Shown in pieces: positions 34,467 to 42,161 of a DNA stretch of 64,000 nucleotides (the first letter of the stretch is position 1; every line of letters starts with the position of its first letter). The stretch lies in the IMG/VR virus record IMGVR_UViG_3300045988_159773; one strand, 5' to 3'. This DNA comes from a virus. The notes beneath the pieces are model-generated. The model searched no databases and was not told where the DNA came from. It saw nothing but the letters and a program-made list of their open reading frames with translations. A program made the position numbers and the translations under genes.

Positions 34467-35120
34467 TCACCCGAACAGAGAACCAAAGAACCCGATGACA
34501 CCGCCTATGACCGCCCCTGCCGCCGTTCCTATGCCTGGAATGACAGAGCCGATAGCCGCACCGACAGCTGCGCCCGTAGCACCTGCCATCAAAGCTGAGC
34601 CGATGTTGGCGGGGCTGTCTACCGCCGCCGCACCACCAACCGAGATAACATCGCCATACGCCGCCTGATAATACTGGTCTGGGTTCTCGATTATTCCCGT
34701 TCGTAATGTCTGAACCCGCGCCTCTCTGAAATTGAGGGTCGGGTTGAATAGAGCCAAGTCCTGGTCAGCCCACGAGTACGACTGCAATATCATATTTGGG
34801 AAGTAATACCGAATGGACGTGACCTCAACTCTGGTCGCGTCCTTGAACCACCGCTGCAAAAGCTCGTTCACTTCCTCGGGCGAAAGCTGCTTCTCCACCC
34901 TACCGCCAGCGGCATCTGTTTCCACCGAGTAAATCAGCGATTTGGAAACTTCTGATGCCTTCAGCTGAAAGCTCACGTTATCTGGCTCGCGGTAATAGTG
35001 GTCAGAGAACGACGTGCCCTCGATAGTAGGATAGCTCGTCAACGAATTCGTTCTCGTGGTGTTGCCGAGCATCGAGCCATAAATATAATATTGCTTGTTA
35101 TTTTCGGTTACGAGAATCAT
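34467..35120 (-). CDS. Distal-tail protein with a C-terminal glycine-zipper hydrophobic tail
   Basis: It ends ...GSALMAGATGAAVGAAIGSVIPGIGTAAGAVIGGVIGFFGSLFG and lies directly downstream of the tape measure gene. Confidence 0.5.
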   Translation of the reverse strand: MILVTENNKQYYIYGSMLGNTTRTNSLTSYPTIEGTSFSDHYYREPDNVSFQLKASEVSKSLIYSVETDAAGGRVEKQLSPEEVNELLQRWFKDATRVEVTSIRYYFPNMILQSYSWADQDLALFNPTLNFREARVQTLRTGIIENPDQYYQAAYGDVISVGGAAAVDSPANIGSALMAGATGAAVGAAIGSVIPGIGTAAGAVIGGVIGFFGSLFG

Positions 35121-36265
35121 CCGTTATAGCCTCCCTTGTTGGAATAAGACAGCTGGCGAGCCAATTCATCATTGTTGTGGAAATCGTTGCCGTAAATATT
35201 ATACGTGCTGTTGTTTGAAGTGTTTCCATTGTTGTTGGTAATGTTTGTCGGATTCGCAGAGCCGAAACCTGGAATCTTGCTTATCAGACTCATCGCCTTT
35301 TCCAGAATTGTAACGACAGTGGTCAAGAAGTCAATCAAACCGTCGAACACCGCTTGCACCAGCGGCGAACCCAAGAAATCCAACGTCACATCAAAAAAGT
35401 CCCCAATCTTTCCGATAAACTTGTCAAACGTCTTCGATTCGGAAACCAACTTCAAAATAGTAAGCTGCAAGCCCATTTGGAACTTAGCCTGCATCTCCTG
35501 ATATTCGCTCATCGACTGCGTGAACCTATCCAACTTGTCGGGGTCGAGTTTGCCGATGCCCTCGTTCCAGAACTCGTTGAGCGAATTGAACACGCGCCGC
35601 TGTTCCGCAGTCATTCGTCCGATATCACTCTCGCTCATACCGAGCGCGTCCAGAGAGTTTTGGAAACCCAGAGCCTGTGTACCAGACAGCCCGTAACGTG
35701 TCATAATATCGCGCTGGCTTTGCGAGCCGAACGCGCCGAGAGGATTAAGCTGGTTGGAGTAATTCGCAATCTTGTCAATCGCCTCTCCAATCTGGTCTGC
35801 AAACGCTTTAACCGCAGTGATTGCAATGTTCACACCCGCCGCGAACTTGCCAATGCCCGCCACCGCATTAGAGCCAGCCTCTTTAAGTTTGCTGCCTGTT
35901 GATTTCATCGAGCCAGCATAGTCCGCCACCGCATCTACGACCGCTTTGGACTCCAAACCCTTTTCCTTGTTGCCGTAGGTATAATCCTTGATGATGTCTT
36001 CCGACTTCTTCTTGGTCTGTTCAAGCAACTGTTTGGTCGCGGGGTCAAGTCCGCCCTTCTTCAATTTCGCGTCTATTTCAGCGACAATCTTTTGCTGCTT
36101 GGTCAGCTCCTCATTATACTTCTTTGCGGTCGCGAGGGCATTGTCAATAAACTCGTCCGAAACTTTTCCCATTTCAACGAGTTGGTCGCTTATCGCACCT
36201 GTCACCTTATCGAGTTGTGCTTGGTCGAAGTCAAGCCCGACCTTCATTAAATACTTATCTGCCAC
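35117..36265 (-). CDS. Tape measure protein (short, 382 aa)
   Basis: Helical, low-complexity sequence directly after the G/GT chaperone pair. GTG start follows GTTATTTTAATCAGGAGG. Confidence 0.65.
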   Translation of the reverse strand: MADKYLMKVGLDFDQAQLDKVTGAISDQLVEMGKVSDEFIDNALATAKKYNEELTKQQKIVAEIDAKLKKGGLDPATKQLLEQTKKKSEDIIKDYTYGNKEKGLESKAVVDAVADYAGSMKSTGSKLKEAGSNAVAGIGKFAAGVNIAITAVKAFADQIGEAIDKIANYSNQLNPLGAFGSQSQRDIMTRYGLSGTQALGFQNSLDALGMSESDIGRMTAEQRRVFNSLNEFWNEGIGKLDPDKLDRFTQSMSEYQEMQAKFQMGLQLTILKLVSESKTFDKFIGKIGDFFDVTLDFLGSPLVQAVFDGLIDFLTTVVTILEKAMSLISKIPGFGSANPTNITNNNGNTSNNSTYNIYGNDFHNNDELARQLSYSNKGGYNG

Positions 36266-36292
36266 GCCGCGCCTCCTGATTAAAATAACGGC

Positions 36293-36822
36293 TTAGGGAT
36301 TCCCCAAGCCGTTAATAGTATCCGCTTCTTGATTCGATTTCAAAATGAGGACTTCGACTAGGTCTAAAACCTCAAGCGCATTCAATTGATATTTGATTTC
36401 GTAGTATGTCGAAAGCCCCGCCGAAACCAAAGCACTGACATAGGGGCTTACTCTTTGTGCTTTTTGGCTGCCGCTCCCTTTGCCGCTTCTGTTTGTGCCA
36501 TGAGGGATTGGTAAGTCTTGGACTCGGTAAAAACTGGCAAGCAGACCGTGCTGCGAAACTTGAAAAAGATGTCGAGTAAGGTCGATGCTGGCAGGTCGGG
36601 CAACGTCACATTGCCGTCTTCGTCCATGAGCGCGAACCACTCCGAACCGTTCCTCGTCCACATAACGTTGCGCAGACAATCCAACTTGAATTGCTTGCTG
36701 TCGGTGTCCTTGCCGATGTTTCTGTCCGCCAAGTCAAGCACGTCAAGAGAGCTCATCTTCTTGAACTTGATAATGACGTTCGGCATGAAATCCTTGTATT
36801 CTACTTCCCAAAAGTTATCCAT
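36293..36822 (-). CDS. Tail assembly chaperone GT fusion, made by a -1 frameshift at CCAAAAAG (36460..36467)
   Basis: The G frame ends ...AAKGAAAKKHKE-stop at 36448. The -1 frame stays open to 36293 (KAQRVSPYVSALV...INGLGNP). The slippery A-AAA-AAG-type site lies 4 codons before the G stop. Confidence 0.55.
36448..36822 (-). CDS. Tail assembly chaperone (G-like)
   Basis: 124 aa, immediately upstream of the tape measure gene, with an overlapping -1 ORF. Confidence 0.6.
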   Translation of the reverse strand: MDNFWEVEYKDFMPNVIIKFKKMSSLDVLDLADRNIGKDTDSKQFKLDCLRNVMWTRNGSEWFALMDEDGNVTLPDLPASTLLDIFFKFRSTVCLPVFTESKTYQSLMAQTEAAKGAAAKKHKE

Positions 36823-36826
36823 CGCC

Positions 36827-37177
36827 TTAGTCCCCCACTCTGAAAATCACCTTTCTGTCAATAAGACTCTGGATGGCGGACAGTTTGAGGTCTTCAGCCG
36901 TCAGAGGACGCTCGACACCTTTCTGGAATATAATCATATTCTTGTCGTTCGCCCACGTGCCGTAAGTCTTTTGCACCTTGCCCGCGTCGTCGCGCTGGTG
37001 CGTATGCGTCAGTTCCTTGATGATGCGCATAAACTTTTCCGAGCGGTAGTTGCCTGGCTTATATCTCGAGGGCGCGGTGCTCGGAGTGGGAGTAGGGGCA
37101 ACCCCTTCACCCGCCTGAGGAACCGTAGCTCCCGCCAAAGCCGTATCTGCAATCGTTTCCGTATTTTTATTTTCCAT
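36827..37177 (-). CDS. Hypothetical virion-module protein
   Basis: 116 aa with RBS GAGGAA. Confidence 0.5.
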   Translation of the reverse strand: MENKNTETIADTALAGATVPQAGEGVAPTPTPSTAPSRYKPGNYRSEKFMRIIKELTHTHQRDDAGKVQKTYGTWANDKNMIIFQKGVERPLTAEDLKLSAIQSLIDRKVIFRVGD

Positions 37178-37214
37178 AGTTGTATTCCTCCGTCATTATG
37201 AGTATAGAAAAGTT

Positions 37215-37676
37215 TCAAAGAATATCAGGCTGTTCGTTACGAATTGCTTCTCCGTCTTCAATATCCTGCCCAGCGTTCAATCCAATGGCACGAGCCGACG
37301 TCAATCCGAGGTCGGTCAATCCATTAAAGCTCTCAATCTTCATCATCCCAAAAGTGCGATGGACGAGGATGTCCCCGATTTGAAGTGTAGACGGCTTCAA
37401 GTACATCACATTGAAGTGTTGAGTAGAACGGTCACCCCCAGCAGTTGCACTACGCGAACGTTCCATCGGGGTGATTATGCACTGAAAGTCCACCCACTCC
37501 ACTTTATGGTCTGGGCGTCCCTTGTCATCAAACTTGTTGATGATATTCTTTTGCCAACGTGCCCAATCAAGCACAGGCGCAACCGCTTGCATCAACGCTG
37601 CAGAGCCGCCAGTGATGACTGGATTCGTTGCCCAGTCCTGTCTCTTTCTTCTCGAATCTCTGTTAGTCCTTGCCAC
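37215..37676 (-). CDS. Putative head-tail joining/closure protein
   Basis: 153 aa. GTG start follows AGGAGG. The call rests on position and a weak pattern (..IGDILVHRTFGMMKIESF..). Confidence 0.4.
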   Translation of the reverse strand: MARTNRDSRRKRQDWATNPVITGGSAALMQAVAPVLDWARWQKNIINKFDDKGRPDHKVEWVDFQCIITPMERSRSATAGGDRSTQHFNVMYLKPSTLQIGDILVHRTFGMMKIESFNGLTDLGLTSARAIGLNAGQDIEDGEAIRNEQPDIL

Positions 37677-38274
37677 CGCTTACCTCCTCCACTACAATCA
37701 TACCATTCGTTGCGGTAGTATACCCCGTGCCGATACCGATAGAACCCGCGCCCGCGTCTTCACCATCATCGAAATCATCAATAAGTGTGTTCCAATTGAT
37801 CTCCACATCAGTGCGCTCCCACCACTCGCCATTAATCTCCTCAGGAAATGTGGTAAGACGTGGCTCTCCGTTTAGAACCGATTGCATATTCAACATCATC
37901 GTCAGAACATCTGGAATGCGGAAAAACGCCTTCACCCGAATAGCATTCTGCATCGAATTTGCGCCGTAACAAGTCACAGTCAACTTGAACGGAATGACCG
38001 TCGACACGTCATCCGACACCTCAGTAGACAGCAGGTCCAGAGGGTCGAAGTGCCACCAAAAATAGATGATGTCTGTCGTGTTCCTCGCTGCCTTTACTCC
38101 GTCCTTCATAGGGTCGTGCGCATCCATCCTATTTACCGCGAACGGATTCGTCAACTTAGTTTTCAAGTAAGCTGGTCGAATGTTCGATGGATGCACCTTA
38201 GGCAAGCATTTACACAAAATGCTCTGTATTGAATCTTCGTACCACTCTCTGCTCTTCATAATTACAATAACCAT
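37663..38274 (-). CDS. Hypothetical virion-module protein
   Basis: 203 aa. An alternative ATG at 38259 (MKSREW) lies 6 nt after GTTATT. Confidence 0.5.
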   Translation of the reverse strand: MVIVIMKSREWYEDSIQSILCKCLPKVHPSNIRPAYLKTKLTNPFAVNRMDAHDPMKDGVKAARNTTDIIYFWWHFDPLDLLSTEVSDDVSTVIPFKLTVTCYGANSMQNAIRVKAFFRIPDVLTMMLNMQSVLNGEPRLTTFPEEINGEWWERTDVEINWNTLIDDFDDGEDAGAGSIGIGTGYTTATNGMIVVEEVSGGKD

Positions 38275-38280
38275 GAAAAC

Positions 38281-38298
38281 AGCCCACCGAAGTGAGCC
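38281..38298 (-). terminator. Hairpin with a UUCG loop followed by a U-tract, after gene 38333..39187
   Basis: Minus-strand GGCUCAC-UUCG-GUGGGCU followed by GUUUUC. The stem contains G-U pairs. Confidence 0.4.
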
Positions 38299-38332
38299 GC
38301 CTTCCGAAATATTTGCTCAACGTGAATATTGA

Positions 38333-39187
38333 TTACGCGTCGGGGTTGTTCTTCTTGAGGTCGTCCGCCAGAACCGTAGTGATGTAGTCCTTCGCTCTGT
38401 CAAGGCAGGTCAACAGGGTCGGCACAATGACAAAGTCAATGAACTTGTCCCACGCGAACTGCTTGGCTGAGGTCGTAGCCTCTTCCTTTGGCTCTTCCGC
38501 CTTTTCTGGCTCGGGAATAGGGTCAGCTGGCTTCTCTTCCTCCACAGGCGCGGCGGGTGCTTCCTCTGGAACCTCGTTGCAGGTGCAGAAGTGCTCGGGT
38601 GCGCCGCACTTCTCACAGTTCCCAGTCCACTCAACAGCGGGCGGCTCGAGCGTTGGTGCGGGGTCTACCGCGACTTCCTCTTGAGCGACCGAGAGGTCAG
38701 CCTCAAGTTTCTCTTCGACCTCGGGCGGCAAATCTCCGACAATCTCCACGCCGTCGACCACAGGCTCGCCCTCGGGAACTTCGTCCACCAAGTCGATGGA
38801 CTTCACGTCCTCGCCCTTGACCTGGACAACTTCCTCGACAGGCGGCGTGGGTGCGACCGTAGGCGGGGTCTGATGTACACGAGTAAAGATGCCCTGCGGT
38901 GCTTTCGGGAAAGCCTTCGGGTCAAACTCGGGTATTTTGAACTTCTCCGCGAGGGATTCCTGTGCAGGTGCAGTCTTCGCCTCTTCCACTGCGGTCGGAG
39001 TCTCCTCAACAGCCGCAACAGGGGTCTCAACTGCGGGCGCAGTCACCTCAGGTGCTGGCTCTGCAACAGGAACCTCGGGTACAGTTTCGGTAGTATCTAT
39101 GACGGCTGGCGTCTCTTCGACAGCCGCTTGTGCACTCTGCTCCTCGATTTTCTTTTCGAGATTTAAGTTATTCCGTTCGAATTTCAT
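38333..39187 (-). CDS. Highly acidic P/E/V/A-rich protein with a CxxC..C.C motif and a hydrophobic C-terminal helix (scaffold- or internal-protein-like)
   Basis: Low-complexity tracts (EETPAVIDTTETVPEVPVAEPAPEVTAPAVETPVAAVEETP...), then CEKCGAPEHFCTC and FIDFVIVPTLLTCL. Confidence 0.55.
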   Translation of the reverse strand: MKFERNNLNLEKKIEEQSAQAAVEETPAVIDTTETVPEVPVAEPAPEVTAPAVETPVAAVEETPTAVEEAKTAPAQESLAEKFKIPEFDPKAFPKAPQGIFTRVHQTPPTVAPTPPVEEVVQVKGEDVKSIDLVDEVPEGEPVVDGVEIVGDLPPEVEEKLEADLSVAQEEVAVDPAPTLEPPAVEWTGNCEKCGAPEHFCTCNEVPEEAPAAPVEEEKPADPIPEPEKAEEPKEEATTSAKQFAWDKFIDFVIVPTLLTCLDRAKDYITTVLADDLKKNNPDA

Positions 39188-39245
39188 AATATCGCTCCTT
39201 ACTTGTCAACCTTAATTAAGATAACCAATTTTCCCCTATCTTACA

Positions 39246-41351
39246 CTAAAGCCAAAAATTACTCTTTCCTTTCACCATCGTGACAACACCGCGAACGCAC
39301 CGAGCCACGCGCTCAGTCGTAATATCGTAGTCCGTCGGTATGTTCTTAAACTCCTTGTTTGGGGAACGCCAGCGCATAATATCCAGAACGGTAGTCGTGC
39401 ATTCTTGCAGTACCTGAATCTTGTTCTTTGCGAACCCGCCCTTGATGATGCTTGTCGACACCAAAATGTTATCGTCTTCAAACTCGTACATACCGAACAC
39501 GAATTGAGTAAGGTTGATGACTTGCTGATTGGTCGAGCAGTCATAGATAATCGTGCCTGGCTCAATCTGTTTTAAGAAGTCCGACAGCTCCGCCACAGAG
39601 GGGAACTTGTGCTCCTCGGTTACGGTGAAAATGTCCTTCGTCTGGTCGTGGCGAATTTTCAACGCGTAGTACAATCCGCCGCTCTCCGTCACGCCGAAGT
39701 AGTGATTCCAATACTCGGTATCGTGTGGCTTCTGGATAATGTTTTGGCTTGTGAACACGCCAGAATAAATGAACATATTCTTCTGCATGAAATGCGTGAT
39801 GACCAGCTGGGTGAACGCGTCGACATCGTCGTCATTCGCCACAGTAGGGAACGACATCAAGTGCCTACACAGCTCCGACACCCGCTCAGACTCAACGAAC
39901 TTTACACGACCCTGCCGCAGGTACACGACCGCCAACTCAAGCCTCGCCATCTTCGATCTAGTTCCTGGCTGGAACGGAATCAAACCTGCGACCGTACCAG
40001 CAAGCATCTGCAACAGCGGCGAACCATTCGCCTTGTCTTCCACGACTTGGAATATACTCGGGTCGATGGCTTCAAGGTTGATTAAGAATTCTTGCTCTTT
40101 GCTTATCGACATCCGCTCCATCATCGCGTCGGTGATGTACAGCGTCGAGAATTCGTCCGACCAGCCCTCAACGTAACCGTGTTGGTCGCTCGTTTCCAAA
40201 TCCTTGACAGGACAGTCGTGCGATGCGTAATGCGTAATCTTGTTGACAGCGGCAAAGTCTTCTTGCGTGATAGTTGCCGCATTGATGTCTTCAAGCGATA
40301 CAACGTTCAAGCCAGAAAGAGCCACGTTCTGTTGGAACTGACACTCAAAGTCAATTTCGCCCAACTTCATGCGCTCAACCGAGTAGTCTCCGAAACGCTT
40401 GCCAGCCAGCGGATCACCCTTCTTGCGAAACCAGATTTTGCCCGACAGCGGGAAAATGAATGCCTCGTCCTCAGTGGCGAGAGCCTTCAAAACTGTGTTC
40501 GAATAAAGTCTGGACAGCTCTGGGTCGGACGTAATCATATCCGATACGTCCCCTTTGCAAATCCTCTGCATGATATGGCAGGTGACTCCCGTCTTCGGGT
40601 CGTTCAAACGCGTAGACTGCGTGTACCTGATGTAATCCTTTGCAGACTGCAACACCTTACCGTCCGCACGCGCGTCCTGCACGTTGACCAAGTCATCGTT
40701 GAGGATAAAGTTAGAACCACGACCAGTAAACGACTTCATAGATGTCGAATAAGACTTGCCGAGATTTTGCATCTCCACCAGCGTCGAGCTGTCGTAACGC
40801 AAACGATACTCCTCTTCTGGGAACATCATTCTGAATTTCTCGCTATTCAGCAAAAGCCTCTTCTTGTCAATGAACTCACGCGACAGGTCTTGCGAGTGCG
40901 ACACCGAAGTGGTCATAACAGGTTGGTGCATCATGCACCACACAGGTCCGCATACGTTAACGATTAAGGACTTGCCAGCACGAGGGTGAATGTTGATGTT
41001 GTGGTTTCGTACGTGCTCGCCGCGAAACATCTTATCACGCACGTCACACTTAGGCATAATGCCCGTCTTCTTGAAGTACTTTATCTTTGCCTTCTCGTAT
41101 TCAGCGTCCGAGATGAATTTTGAGGTCAGTGATTCGGGCAGTTTGTTGACCGACATAAATACAAAGCATTCGCAAAGAAACTCAATATACGTCTCGTCCA
41201 CAAACGGAAACGGCTCAAACGTGTCCCAAAAATATTTGACAAACTCGTACAAGTCCGACATCACCAGCTCACGCATAGCGCGAATTGGCTTATACGTAAT
41301 CACTCCCAAATCAGGCAATTCTTTAACTTGTCGTTGTGATGAAACTCCCAT
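39246..41351 (-). CDS. terL: Terminase large subunit with a C-terminal extension of about 190 aa
   Basis: IHPRAGKS (Walker A), FILNDD (Walker B), and nuclease acidic motifs YASHDCP and NDDDVDAF. No SD; the ATG lies 6 nt after TATACT. Confidence 0.85.
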   Translation of the reverse strand: MGVSSQRQVKELPDLGVITYKPIRAMRELVMSDLYEFVKYFWDTFEPFPFVDETYIEFLCECFVFMSVNKLPESLTSKFISDAEYEKAKIKYFKKTGIMPKCDVRDKMFRGEHVRNHNINIHPRAGKSLIVNVCGPVWCMMHQPVMTTSVSHSQDLSREFIDKKRLLLNSEKFRMMFPEEEYRLRYDSSTLVEMQNLGKSYSTSMKSFTGRGSNFILNDDLVNVQDARADGKVLQSAKDYIRYTQSTRLNDPKTGVTCHIMQRICKGDVSDMITSDPELSRLYSNTVLKALATEDEAFIFPLSGKIWFRKKGDPLAGKRFGDYSVERMKLGEIDFECQFQQNVALSGLNVVSLEDINAATITQEDFAAVNKITHYASHDCPVKDLETSDQHGYVEGWSDEFSTLYITDAMMERMSISKEQEFLINLEAIDPSIFQVVEDKANGSPLLQMLAGTVAGLIPFQPGTRSKMARLELAVVYLRQGRVKFVESERVSELCRHLMSFPTVANDDDVDAFTQLVITHFMQKNMFIYSGVFTSQNIIQKPHDTEYWNHYFGVTESGGLYYALKIRHDQTKDIFTVTEEHKFPSVAELSDFLKQIEPGTIIYDCSTNQQVINLTQFVFGMYEFEDDNILVSTSIIKGGFAKNKIQVLQECTTTVLDIMRWRSPNKEFKNIPTDYDITTERVARCVRGVVTMVKGKSNFWL

Positions 41352-41369
41352 ATTCTTAGTATAGAAAAA

Positions 41370-41396
41370 CCGAACACCTCAAAGCGCTGTGTTCGG
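41370..41396 (-). terminator. Intrinsic terminator (CCGAACAC-N11-GTGTTCGG + TTTTT) immediately upstream of the terL -10 element
   Basis: Read directly from the sequence. Confidence 0.6.
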
Positions 41397-41415
41397 TTTA
41401 TAACGATTTAATATT

Positions 41416-41703
41416 TCAGTGGGGCAACCCTTCGGCTTTCGCTTTCTCACGCAACGCCCGCAACTCTCTCGCGCTCATGCCCGACAGGTCTTTGGGATAC
41501 GTTGCAAAAAACTTTGCCGACTCCGCCGAGTTCGTATACGACTCACGCAAATAGGCATCATTCTTCTTTTTCTTATAATCAAGTCGCATCAAACACCACA
41601 TAAAGCTGCCATACCGCGCGACATATTGTGGATTGTAAACTGGCAAGTTCTGCTCGACTAAGAGGTAGTACCCGTACACCTCATTGAAGTCATATTGGTT
41701 CAT
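41416..41703 (-). CDS. Hypothetical protein
   Basis: 95-aa ORF overlapping the upstream stop. Confidence 0.5.
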   Translation of the reverse strand: MNQYDFNEVYGYYLLVEQNLPVYNPQYVARYGSFMWCLMRLDYKKKKNDAYLRESYTNSAESAKFFATYPKDLSGMSARELRALREKAKAEGLPH

Positions 41704-42149
41704 TTCACCGAGCAGACCTCAATCACCCGCATCGCGAACTCCTTGTCCTGGATTGCCGTGATTTGAAGTCCCATCGCCCGACAGATTGCCTCCGCCACCA
41801 TCATCACCTCTTCGTCAGAGAGATACGGGTCGAGCGTCGAAATGATTTTATAGTCCTGTCCATCGTGGTCGATGTAGTCAATGCACAATCTCGGGTACAC
41901 GATTGCCACCGATTTGACAGGTAGAGTGTCTCCGATTATGTAACAGTCAAGACAGTCCCCGTCACCATCCAACGTTGACGGAATAAAGCCGTAGTTTGCA
42001 AAGAACGGAATGTGATGAATATTTGTGACAGGGAAAAACTGCGGAGCGTTGTTCTTTACCTCACGCCGCACTTGTGTTCCCTTGGTCACCTCGACAACCG
42101 CCCGACAGGTGACCCCATTAAATTCATTTGGAAGTGTCAAATAATTCAT
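41700..42149 (-). CDS. ppa: Family I inorganic pyrophosphatase
   Basis: NYGFIPSTLDGDGDCLDCYIIGD...IDYIDHDGQDYKIIS follows the PPase pattern YGFIPQT..DGDPLDVLV...D.GE.D.KI. Confidence 0.75.
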   Translation of the reverse strand: MNYLTLPNEFNGVTCRAVVEVTKGTQVRREVKNNAPQFFPVTNIHHIPFFANYGFIPSTLDGDGDCLDCYIIGDTLPVKSVAIVYPRLCIDYIDHDGQDYKIISTLDPYLSDEEVMMVAEAICRAMGLQITAIQDKEFAMRVIEVCSVK

Positions 42150-42161
42150 CGTGCACCCACA

